The notes under the pieces were generated by a model. That model was not told the origin of the DNA and searched no databases. It saw nothing but the letters and a program-made list of their open reading frames with translations. This document shows, piece after piece, positions 13,520-25,160 of a stretch of DNA of 64,000 nucleotides (within the stretch, counting starts at the first letter, position 1; the number at the start of each line of letters is the position of its first letter). Both the position numbers and the translations under genes were made by a program. The stretch comes from Malacoraja senta (Eukaryota), in contig CM075991.1 in the NCBI GenBank assembly GCA_038087875.1, positions 4,960,001-5,024,000 on the forward strand. Reading direction: 5' to 3'.

Positions 13520-13830
13520 AGGGCGGCACATTTGTGCAACGGTAGAGTTGCTGCCTTACAGTGCCAGAGACTCGGGTTCGATACTCACTACGGGTGCTCT
13601 CTGTACGGAGTTGTACGTTCTCCCTGTGACCGAGTCGGTTGACGCTGGATGCTCCGGTTTCCTACCACATTGCAAAGACGTGCAGGTTTGTAGGTAAATT
13701 AGCTTCAGACTGTGAACTGTGAACGTGAACTCCAACTGCGTGCAGAAAAGAACTAATGTATGTGCAATCGCTGGTCAGCGCGGACGGGGTGGGCCGAAGG
13801 GCCTGCCTCCACGCTATATCTCTCAAACTA
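13520..13830 (+). mobile_element. tRNA-derived SINE (HE1/V-SINE-like); other copies at about 930-1110, 11670-11910, 36400-36645(-) and 41120-41625(-)
   Basis: GGTAGAGTTGCTGCCTTACAG...GGGTTCGAT A/B-box-like head, a conserved core and a CR1-like tail (AAACT)n. Confidence 0.75.
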
Positions 13831-14235
13831 AACTATATATTAGGAAAAATTATTGGGTCACAGTCGGATTCGTGTAAATGGGTAGTTGATGTTCGGCATA
13901 TACCTGGTAAACTGAACTGAATAGCCGGTGTCCGTGCGGCGTGAATCAATGGTTTGCTTCGACTGTACTGTGCCGTTCACCATCCATCCCCATCCCTATT
14001 CCCTTCCCTCCACCAAGCCTCCCCAACTCAGAACCAGATCTGGACCAAGCTTCCCCGTGTCTCGGGTATGGGACAAAGATGGGGAGAGCCGGTGTCCGGC
14101 CCATTCCGTCTACTGTGCCCAATTCCCAGCCCACACGGCTCGCTCCTTTGCATCGGCGTCACCTACCAGAGCCCTACGTTGCCAGTTCAGCCGGCGAGGT
14201 CAGATCCCCTGCGCTGAAGGCGGAGGATTAATTAC

Positions 14236-14374
14236 CGTCCACAGCATTCATAACCTCGGGGCGAACATACGCAGTGCTAGCAGTTGGAGTTCGTCCAACT
14301 TTCTGGCAGTTGATGAACGGACCCGTCGACTAAGTCGACGCATTTGTGGGGACGCCAAGATTTGCCCTTTGCTG
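14236..14374 (-). pseudogene. MSMB-like: MSMB-like copy 4, exon 3 with an in-frame stop
   Basis: AAKGKSWRPHKCVDLVDGSVHQLPESWTNSNC*HCVCSPRGYECCG|gtaatt, with TAG where copy 1 has Trp. Flanking intron sequence is homologous to copies 1 and 2. Confidence 0.85.
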
Positions 14375-15515
14375 CTAATGATAAGGAGAGCGGTTGGTCA
14401 GTGTCCCGCCTGGGAGTGGAGTGACCCGAGGGAGTGGAGTCCCTTGGTGTTGGTTCAATACCAACGCTTTCTAGAAATGAGGCATTCAGACCTTTGGGAA
14501 GAGCCAGGGTCTGCCCCAGTGTGTACTGACCTGGACCCGGCACATGGCCGCACGGAGAGAGAAAACAAAGTCTGGAGTAACTCAGCGGGACAGGCAGCAT
14601 CTCTGGGTAGAAGAAATGGGTGACGTTTGGAGTCGAGACCCTTCTTCAGACTTGGCCGCACGGTACCGTTTCACCCAGGTTCCGTCTACTGCGCCTCAGC
14701 TGGACCATACTTCAATTTGTTTCATTATATCAAATTAACATGAAATTCCCAGAGCCTTTGCTAATTATCCATTCACTTGACTATCCGTGAGCAAATTCCA
14801 GAAAGTAGCGCTCCCTGGGTGTGAAGAAAATCTCACCTCCCCTCTGGATTTTTTAGGAATCACCCCATATTTGTTTCTTCTGTTTGCTCAACTCCCACTG
14901 GGACCAGTTTCACGTTATCTCCATGAAAGTCCCTGCTAAAGTTGAATATCTCCCCACAGGTTTCTCACCATCTGTTGTCCACAAACCGCTCTGTTGTTTG
15001 TGATCGTCCGTTAGGCAAATCTATGTGAGGCTTAGATAGGGCGGAGCGTCCGATACTTTTCCTCGGTGCGAAAATGTAAAAGACTTAAGGACAAAGTTTG
15101 AAGATGAGAGTGGCAATTTTTAAGGGAGGAGTCTTTTTTTACACAGAGGGTGGTGTACTTGGAACGGGCTGCCATATGTGGCGGTGGAGGTAAATACGAT
15201 AATGGCGGTTAAGTGCTTTTCTGATAGACACATTGATATGCGGGGAATAGTGGGATATGGGTTATGTGCAGGCAGATAAGAGTGGCCTGGCATCATGTTT
15301 TGGCACATAACGTGTGGGCCGACGGGTCAGTTTTTGTGCTTCGTTTTCCCATGTTTCTTGTGTTATGTTCGAAAATGAACTATTTTAATAAAGAAGATTA
15401 TACGAAAGATGAAATCTCATGACATTTAAAAGTCATTGATAAGTAATCAATTGGTTATCAATGCGCTCACCTTGAATCACCTTCTTGCTTGGTCCAAAAC
15501 GTTTGAAGGCCCTTG

Positions 15516-15530
15516 AGCGCCCTCTGCTGG
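15516..15530 (-). promoter_or_regulatory. CTCF core motif
   Basis: Minus strand CCAGCAGAGGGCGCT matches the canonical CTCF core consensus. Confidence 0.45.
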
Positions 15531-16399
15531 TTGTGCCTTGTGGTGAAGTTATGAGGCAGTTACTGAAATTTGCGGATTGCCAATGTGACCACAGAAGACG
15601 ATAGAAGCGTATTTATGAGGCTCACCTTTGCCTTTTGCAAATTATATGTAGATGTTGCATAAGATGAATCCGAGGAATTCGTTGATGGTTTTTGGAATGA
15701 CTTTCATAGTGTTATTAATCGAATAATATACGGTGCAAATTAAGACAGAAACATCGGCTTTCGCTAAATTGTACCCTCATTGTGTGACTTTGAGCAGACA
15801 GCCACCTCTGCTGATTATCTGTCCGTTCGCAAAGGGAAAATCCTTTATGTGTGTAAAGTTCAGGAACTTGTTCTGGCTCTGTAATAGTCCTTGACTGTAG
15901 TTGCTGCAGTTACTGTTTTTTTTTTTTTTTGCATAAGGCGTAATATTCCTGCGATGTGATGGTTTAATCCATAGAGTAATATTACGTCCAGGTCAACAAT
16001 ACCGACCAAGATGCACATCTAAACTCGCCATGTGTGCGCATGGCCGGCCAATATTCCTCTAATTGTATTGTAACGGGGTAATGTAATCGAGCCAGCACCA
16101 CCATTCAATCTGATCATGGCTGATCAACCCCAATCAGTACCCCGTTCCTGCCTTCTCCCCATATCCCCTGACTCCGCTATTTTTAAGAGCCCTATCTCGC
16201 TCTCTCTTGAAAGCATCCAGAGAACCGGCCTCCACCGCCCTCTGAGGCAGAAAATTCCACAGACGCACAACTCTCTGTGTGAAAAAGTGTTTCCCCGTAT
16301 CCGTTCTAATTGGCTTACTCCTTATTCTTAAACTGTGGCCCCTGGTTCTGGACTCTCCCTACGTCCGGGACGTGTTTCCTGCCTCCAGCGTGTCCAAAC

Positions 16400-16816
16400 C
16401 CTTAGTGATCTAGTGGGGTCTGGCGAGAAGATTCTGTGGTCGCAAACGGAACTCAAGGGTTTCTTTTTGATTCCGTGGTGCAATTGTCCAGGATATCCCG
16501 CCGCGGTTGCAGAACATTCTTAGGGAGGATGGTGAGCAGCCAGAGGAGGTTGTAGTACCAGAAATACCAACGCCATAAGCAGGAAGAAGACGGAGGTCCT
16601 GCAGAGTGAATATACGAGGTTCAGAAATAAGTTAAAAAGCACGACTTTAATATTGGTAATATCAGTAGTATTCCCTGTGCCTCATGCTACTGACTGGAAT
16701 GTAAGGATTGTTTAGATGAAAGCGTTCTTGAGGAGTTGTTGTAGGAGGTGTGGCCTGCGGATTCTGGATCAGTGGGATACCTTGTTGAACCTGTAAGAAG
16801 CAATGGTTTCACCTGG

Positions 16817-16850
<34 letters not shown>

Positions 16851-19150
16851 GGGGGGGGGTGGAGGCAAGTGGGGGTAGAATCAATATCCTGCGTGGGAGA
16901 TTTACTAGTGCTGTTCTGTAACGTTTCTCCTCAATGCCAGGAGCAAGAACGGTGGTTTGATATATATTTATCTCAGTGCTATAGGCTTAACAGGGAAAAC
17001 CGATGAACCCAGGGCATGGTTGGCCTTAGGGACTGTGATATTACTTTCATCACAGAAATATGGCTGAGAGAAGGGCAAGCCTGCCAGCTCAATATTTCAA
17101 AGTTGAGAAGCTACATGGGCGATATAAGTGCAAGTAAGGGAAGACAGATGGGAGGGTTTGCCTTCTTGAAGAATGAGCGCATAACCACAGTACAGAGAGA
17201 TACTATTCTGGGGTACTACGCAGAGATGTACGCGGACAGAACTTAGAAATAGGAAGGGAATTATCACATTGATAGCGCTGTATTATCGCCCCCCCCCCTC
17301 CCCCTCCCTTCCCATAGTCAGCGCGAATTGGAGGATCAGGTGTATAGGGATATTTTAAGTTGCTGTAAAATAATAGGGTAGCTTTAATGGGAGATTTTAA
17401 CCTCTTATATTGACTGGGTCTCTCATGACTTAAAGGGGCTGGACGGGGTGTAAGTTATTAAATCTGTCCAAGAAAGTTTTCTTGATCAATATGTAGACAG
17501 TGTTACTAGAGGGGCGCAACATTGGACCTCCTCTTTGTGGAAAAATAGGACATGTGACTGAAATGTCAGAATGGAAGCACCTTGGAGCATTGAGCATAAT
17601 TTTGTAATGTTATAGTTGTTATGGAGAAGGATAGGACTGGTGCAAGGTAAAATCTGAAAATGGGGTAGCGCTGATTTTGGTGGCATGAGGCAGGGACTTA
17701 CATGCGTCGATTAGGGTAATCTGTTTACAACTAAGGATGGTAAGTTTAAGAGAATCGAGAAAGGTTGGCGAGAGATGTTGAGGGGCTGACTAGGAAAAAG
17801 GAGGCGTACATCATAGTTAAGCAGAAAATCCCTCCTCGAGTATAAGAAGTGTGGGGGTACACTGAAGAAGATAATCAGGAAGGCAAAAAAAGGACAAGAA
17901 ATAGAGCTTAGAGGCTAGGCATGAAAAATACAGAGATTCTATGGGTGTAGAACTACAAGAGATGGTGGAAATATTAAATATTAAATTAATACCTCTCGTC
18001 CGTTTTTACTGAGGAGAAGATCATGGAAACTAAACAACAGACGCACATTAATTGTGATCGCATTGATTTGAATTAACAAAGAGGATGTATTGGCGGTTCC
18101 AATGTGCATTAAGGTGGAATGGGTTGGACCAGACCAGTACATCGTTAGACTTTGTGGGAAGTGTAGAGGTCCTTGCAGAGATATTTGAATCTTCAGCCAA
18201 AAGTGAAGATCCGAAGGACGGGAGGATGGTTAATGTTGTACCGTTGTTATAAAAAGTTAGCAGGAACATGCCAGGGAACTACAGGCCGGTGAGATTGTCG
18301 TCAGTGGTGGGAGTGTTGATGGTGGAGATCTTTAGGGACAGGATATACCAGCACTAGGAGAGGCACGGACTAATTATGGATAGTCAGCATGGCATTGTGC
18401 ATGGGAAATCGTGTCTCACTAATCTTAGATTTTTGAAGAGGTCACCGAGGGAATTGAGAGGATGGCAGTGGGTGTCGGACACGTGGATATTAACAAGGCC
18501 TTTCAAGCGACGCAGCAAGGAAGGCTAGTTTGGAAGGTTAGATCGCACGGAATCCAAGGTGAGCCAACCAATTTGATTCGAAATGGGCTTGGAGGAAATA
18601 TTGATGCAGGACTCGTGGAGGGTTGTTTTTCTGATTGGATATCTGTGGCCAATGGTGAGCCGCAAGGGTCCGAGCTGTGCCGCCTGGGGTTATCACATAC
18701 ATTAACGGTTTGAATGACAACGTTGTTGGGAAATTTGCAGATGACTTCAAAATAATTGGTATATAGTACGTCATCTAAGTTCACAATAACATCCAGATCA
18801 ACGGGGAAGCAGAGCCAAGGAATGGCAAATTGAATTTAAACTCTTGAGTAATGTGAGTTTTTGCACTTTAGTATATTCAATCATGGCAGGACTTAAATAG
18901 TATAGGCTAGAGCCCTGGAGAATGCTACAGAACAGAATGATCTGGAAGTTCTGTGTGCGTTTCCTTAAACGTGTTGAATCAGGTGGACAGTGTGGTGCAG
19001 AAAGCATTTGGCACGCTTGGCTTCATTGCGAACGGAATTGCGTGCAATGGTCGGTACGTGTTGATGCATGTATCAGTCGTTGGCGAGGCCACACTTGGTC
19101 TACTATACCGAAGATGCTCTTAAGTTAGCAAGGGTGAAAAAGAGATTCAT
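16400..19150 (+). mobile_element. Highly degraded long CR1 LINE
   Basis: ITEIWL, MGDFN, PGNYRPV, SQHGIVHGKSCLTNL, PQGS and KFADD remnants in order. Confidence 0.8.
16819..16848 (+). repeat. (TG)n microsatellite
   Basis: Direct reading. Confidence 0.95.
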
Positions 19151-19780
19151 GAGAATGACAACTGGACGTGGGTTTAAATACATTTGCACCGGTTTTTAAT
19201 TCCCCTGATCTGGGTAAAATACTCTGTTGCTGCACCTTATCTACTGGCCTCATAATTTTTAGCACCTCGAAAAGATAACACCTCAGCCTCCTCCGTTCCG
19301 TGGAATAAACTTCCACCCTGCCCAACCTTACCCGATAGCTAAGGCCCTCGAATCCCGGCAAAATCCTTAAAAGTCTTCTCCACACTTTTCCAGATTATTA
19401 ACATCCTGACTATAGCAGAGCGACTAAGAATGAATACAATACTCCAAACGTGGCCTCAACATCTTAAACGACTGTAATATAATGCCCCAACTCCTGTATT
19501 CAATACCCTGACAAATGAAGGACATTGTACCAAGAGAGTCAAGAGTGAAGATTGTTGTATTGTCATACTGGACTTAGTGGGACCCGTTGGGTCCCATGTT
19601 CACACGGGATGGCTGGTCCCCCAACGCAATATTACACCTCTCCACCAATTCCAATATTGGTGGCCAGTGGGGGGGGGTGGGGATTTCTGGAGCGCTAGTA
19701 TGGTTGTTGTGGGTGGAAGGGACTGGTTTCCAGAGGGCTACTATGGAAATTGTGGGCCGAATGGATTCTTGGGCTGGCAT

Positions 19781-19965
19781 CTCAGTCACTCAGGCCTGGT
19801 GGGCTAGCAGCTCAGTCACTCAGGCCTGGTGGGCTGGCAGCTCAGATACTCAGACCTGGTGGGTCGGCAGCTCAGTCACTCAGGCCTGGTGGGCTGGCAG
19901 CTCAGTCACTCAGGCCTGGTGGGCTGGCAGCTCAGTCACTCAGGGCTGGTGTATTGGCAGCTCAG
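19781..19965 (+). repeat. 30-bp minisatellite, about 6 copies
   Basis: Unit CTCAGTCACTCAGGCCTGGTGGGCTGGCAG. Confidence 0.95.
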
Positions 19966-20404
19966 AAACTGCGAGAAATTCGGCCCAAAACAGATGAGAG
20001 ACTCTGTGAGAGAGAAAGGGGAGAGGGTGGAGCATCAATTTTAGACATTTTTCATCTTTTTCTGCAGATCACAATGAAGGAGGAATCTATCCTGGCCTGG
20101 ATCTCACATGGAGCCAATGAAGGGAGGGAGAAAAATACTGGGGTGAGGTTTAATACTTGCAGGAGAATACTTGCTGATGGGCCGAAGGGACTCCTCTTTG
20201 GATAGTACAGGCCTGAAGGGCCGAATGGGCTATTTATAAAAAAAACTGTGAATTCTCAGTGAAAGGCAATTTTTCTGGACTTTTCCTGGCCTGGCACGGG
20301 CCATTAGGGCCAAAATACTCCTCCTGGGCTAATATGGGCATTTTGGGCAAAAGGGACTGGTTCCTCGGCTAACAGGGGCCTTGTGGGCCAAAATAACTGG
20401 TTTC

Positions 20405-21057
20405 AGGCAGGCCAAACAACTCATTTCATTTCATTTCTATTTCAATTTCATGCACAGGGCAGGCCAAACAGCTCAATGCATTTTCATTTACATTCTATTT
20501 ACATTGCAGTTTCAAGCACATGGCAGGCCAAACAGCTCATTGCATTTTCATTTCACTTCCATTGCCATTGCAGTTTCAAGCACAGGGCAGGGCGAACAGC
20601 TCATTGCATTTTCATTTCACTGTCATTGCCATTGCCGTTTCAAGCACAGGGCAGGCCGAAAAGCTCATTGCATTTTCATTTCACTTCCATTGCCATTGTA
20701 GTTTCAAGCACAGGGCAGGCCGAACAGCTCATTGCATTTTCATTTCACTGCCATTGCCATTGCAGTTTCAAGCACAGGGCAGGCCGAACAGCTCATTGCA
20801 TTTGCATTTCACTTCCATTGCCATTGCAGTTTCAAGCACAGGGCAGGCCGAACAGCTCATTGCATATTCATTTCACTTCCATTGCAGTTTCAAACACAGG
20901 GCAGGCCGAACAGCTCATTGCATTTTCAATTCACTTCCATTGCCATTGAAGTTTCAAGCACAGGGCAGGCCGAACAGCTGATCGCATTTTCATTTCATTT
21001 CCATTGCCATTGCAGTTTCACACACAGGGCAGGCCAAACAGCTCATTTCATGTTCAT
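20405..21057 (+). repeat. 64-bp minisatellite, about 10 copies
   Basis: Unit starts at 20581, 20645, 20709, 20773, 20837, 20895 (after one 58-bp unit), 20959 and 21023. Confidence 0.95.
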
Positions 21058-23579
21058 TGGGGCCTAACAAATCATTTATTGCAAGTACATTGCAGACTCA
21101 CAGTTCAGTTGATTCACAGCTTAGAATGAGAGTCGTGACCTTTCCCTCGCGATCTTGCAGAGTGACTGCGTCAAGCCCAGGCATCCGGTGTTTTATGGTC
21201 CTGCCCCCCCCCCCCCGGAAGTGGCGTGACCTTCATCGCGGTAATTAACAGGGAGAGGATCTCAAGGTTTTTAAAACACTCATAACTTTTTTTATTTTTC
21301 ATCGATGGGAAAAAATCCTCGTGGCCTGCTCAGCGGAGGAGGACTGTGAGTAGGATGGCCAAAAAATCATAGCGCTATATCGTAGCATTTTTTCTGAAAT
21401 CAATATAAAGCGTAGACAGGAAGTGGTCAAGATGAGACTTTTAATTATCTAGATGTCTCAGATAGGACAATGAAATTCTTACTTGCTGCAGCAGAACAGA
21501 ACATACCAATAGCATGATTTATCAATAATTTAGTGTAATTTATATACCTCAGCTGCCGGAAGGGGTACAAAATAATTGTCTAGCTGTGTGGATGCCAGCC
21601 GCACATCTTGACATATGAAAGTGTATGACTGCCAATTACATGCTTTAAAGGAGTAATAGAATTTTAGCAGCAGGAAAGTTCTTACCACTGCGAATAAACA
21701 AAACCTGCCCATTAATTTCTGCATACGAATGCTGCACGCATATGATGCGATTTAGCTTCATTGTTAATCAGGTCAAATAATGGCATGTAATAATTTGAAT
21801 CCATGTTATGGAGCGAAGGTGTGGAATAATTCCATTCGCCATTTCATTTGAAGTATACCCTGTTTTACATCAACGCATTCATTTCGCGATGTGCCAGAAG
21901 TTCAACATAGGCATTTTGCACTAAGTCTACTGCAAAATATATCTTTGCCCATCGTTACTTCAGATAAGAATATTAAATAAAAGATAAGCACACCGAATAT
22001 TACGATACCAGGTGTTTCCTGCTCACTCAACAGAAAAACAAATTGTGCAGAGACTTTCCTGTTGTGATGGAGGATGTGGTCAGGACATTCATCATACCGG
22101 GTATGAAACATCAGGCACAGATTTCAATGATCGCCGTCTCTAACCCACTCTTCCAATTTACAGGGAGTACAAGTTGCAGCTCATCAATGTTTATAAAACA
22201 ACATTTCGATAAGAGTGTGAACAATTACTACACATTTCTAAAACCCGTGCAGGCTGCAATAAACACTTGCAAAGGGGCAATGATTGGTTATTATTTTGAA
22301 ATTGTATTAAAGTTCAGGTTCATCACAGTGGTAAAACATCGAATCGCTGCAATCTCTGATAACAACCAAGGCAGAGGAAGCACGAATGTAAACGCTAACA
22401 AAAAACAAAAAGCAAACAAATGGGTAGGTAGACAAAAAAGCTGGAGCAACTCAGCGGGTGAGGCAGCGTCTAGCGAGCGAAGGAATAGGCGACGTTTCGG
22501 ATCGAGACCCTTCTTCAGACTGGGTAAATGCAGTAAACTGTGAAGATTGAGTTAGAGCAAAGAACATAGAAAATGGGACAGTGCAGCACAGCACAGAACA
22601 ATCCCTCCGGAACACAATTTCGAATTATCCGAACATGATGTCAAATTAAACTAGTCTACTCTGCCTGCACGTGATCCATATATCTCCATTCGCTGCCTAT
22701 CCATGTGCCTATCGAAAAACATGGCTACTGTCGTATCTGTCTCCACCATCATCCCTGGCAATGCGTTCGACCCACAGCTCTCTGTGTAAATCATTTGCCC
22801 CGCATATATGTCCCCCTCTCGGCTTTAAGCTATACCCTCTAGTTTTAGCAAATCCCATCCCTGCCACAGAGGGCAACGGAGGCCAAATCACTGGTTGGAT
22901 TTAAGAGAGAGTTAGATAGAGCTCTAGGGGCTAGTGGAGTCAAGGGATATGGGGAGAAGGCAGGCACGGGTTATTGATAGGGGACGATCAGCCATGATCA
23001 CAATGAATGGTGGTGCTGGCTCGAAGGGCCCAATGGCCTCCTCCTGCACCTATTTTCTTTATTTCTCTGACAGTCTGCTCTATCTATGCCTCCCTTAATG
23101 TTATATCTTTCTAATAGGTCTCCCCTCAACCTGCGACGTTCCAGAAGAAACAAAGAAAGTTTGACTAACCTCTCCATATAGCTAATACGCTCAAAACCAA
23201 GCAGAAATCTGGTAAAGTACTTCTGCAACCCTTCCAAAGCCTCCATGTGCTTCCAGTAATGGATGGACACGAACTGCACACAATACGCCAAAGGCGATAT
23301 CACCAAAGTCCTGTAAAGCTGTAACTTGACTTCCTGGCTCTCATACCCATTGACCTAACCGATGAAGCATGCTTGCCCCACGGTTTCTATAGCACTCTCT
23401 CACATTGTGATGCCGCTATTAGGGCCGTATGGACTTGAACCCTAAATCCCCTCTATACATCATTGCTGTTAAGGGTCTAGCTATCAACTGCATACTTTCT
23501 CTCTCTCCCCCCCCCTTATCTGCCTTGTTCTCTCCTCCCCTTATCTTTCCATTTTTCTTTACCTCAGCGCCTGATCACA

Positions 23580-25160
23580 TATTTTCTTGATATAGTTGGA
23601 AAGTCGTAGAACAAAATTAAAATTGCTTCTCAGTCCAAAAGCACTGTGTGGTCTGCCGCAGGATTTCAGCGTTTCTGTTTGTACTTCGTACTGATATCCT
23701 CTCCTTTCACATTGGAATATTTTACAGTTGAATTTTACTTTTCTTTCGCCGACAGATATTTTGAAGCAATTATTAAATTTGGGAGTATTGCTATATAATT
23801 GAACATATATTAATAATAGTGCTTCTTGAATTCGGCTATTGGGTTGGTGTTTCATATCCTTATCAGGTTGGCTCAGGTTATTTGTTTCTCAGCAAAAGGC
23901 GATGGTTAGCAGATAAGTCTGATAGTCCCATGACGTCCTTTATCATTAGTGAATTTCATCAGAATTTCACGCCCTCTATTGAGTCGAATCTTATTGGTTG
24001 TTTGTAGAGAAACGTTACAGATTGTTCAAAAGAATTGTCAAAAGAATTCACTCTCAGATCAGTTGCAGTATCAGAAGCTTTGGGCTCCACAGCTGGAAAT
24101 CATGTTAGTTGCGCCCATCCAAGAGCACTTACATCAGTCTGTAGAATGACCGGAAGGTGTTTCTACCAGAACTTTTCTGGAAGCATTAGAGACATTGTTA
24201 ATCCACCATTCTATTTCTGTAATGGATGCAATTGTTAATTTCATGGGCCTGTCAAAGTGCCCTGTATTCATTTTTAATGCTTGTACCTTAGCCCTCTGTA
24301 AACATTGCTAATGCAATGGTCCAAACCTGACAGCTGGAAACCCAGCAATTAATTTGCCCAGCAGGCTTGCCACTTCTCTAATTGAAGGCTTGTCCTCGTT
24401 TATGAGTTTAGTGCAATCTTCAATTAACTGCAGCCTTCTCTTTTGGCAAGGTGATTACCATGTGTTCAGAGTTAATTGTGAACCCTGGCTAATCAATTAT
24501 TCTTGCTTGGTAACAATTTTGATTTTGTAGGTGAATAATGAAACCCATTTTTTCAAAATGTATTTGACTCTAGATACTGACAATATTGCAGTAGCTAAAG
24601 TGTCCCGTACAATCAGAATATCCTCTAAATAAACCATTAATACATGGCCCTCAGCTCTTAGCAGAGCTAAAATTGGTTTGAGTAATTTAGTGAATAATCT
24701 TGGTGCTGAAGTCAGGCCATTGGGCAATGCTTTAAATTGCCATAACTGACATCCATCTAAATTTCAAATATCTTTGATCATTACCATGCATTGCCACAGA
24801 ATAATATGCATTTTGCAGATCTGTGCTTGCCATGTAGCAATTTTTTGTGACCAGCTGAATGGCATTTAGTGAATGTTTCCATTTTGGAATGTTTCTATTG
24901 TACATAAGGGTTAAGATTTGTCAGATCCGAAAGGATTCTACATCCACCATCCTTTTTTGTTCTAGGAAAATATTTGACACAAACTGATGGTGTTGTTCTA
25001 CTGATTTTTCTATTACCCCTTTTCCGCATAAAATTTTCAATTCTCCCTTGATCAACTTATTCTCTTCCTTTGAGAAAATCCGTGACCAGTTTGAATTATG
25101 CTGAATTGGAGGATCCAAACGTGGAGAGAACTCAATTTTGAATCCTACAATGCTACATAG
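23580..25160 (-). mobile_element. Partial DIRS-type retrotransposon (RT/RNaseH fragments)
   Basis: GVIEKS..FVSNIF, MPNGLTSAPRLFTKLLKP, VYLEDILI. Confidence 0.8.

Larger units (their letters stand above)
19568..21453 (-). mobile_element. Non-autonomous Helitron (about 1.9 kb)
   Basis: Minus strand A|TCTAGATAATTAAAA ... TGGGACCC-AAC-GGGTCCCA hairpin-CTAAGT-CCAG|T. Inserted between A and T with no TSD; the flanks rejoin as a LINE 3' end. Confidence 0.78.

Noticed and set aside
13520..13600. tRNA-like sequence
   Set aside because: Head of a tRNA-derived SINE continuing into the SINE body; no complete cloverleaf evident.
13928..14623. 231-aa plus-strand ORF
   Set aside because: Antisense shadow of MSMB copy 4 exon/intron sequence plus repeat sequence.
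19577..20205. ORFs with repeated SSVTQAWWAG / AAQSLRPGGL
   Set aside because: Translations of the 30-bp minisatellite inside the Helitron.
20381..21067. Long overlapping ORFs and a CRISPR-like regular repeat
   Set aside because: Pure 64-bp tandem units with no unique spacers and no cas genes, in vertebrate DNA; the ORFs are artefacts of the repeat.
22043..22543. 166-aa ORF / possible 5' exon of the SRCR gene
   Set aside because: No signal peptide or SRCR motif, and it ends in a Penelope-derived repeat; cannot be supported.
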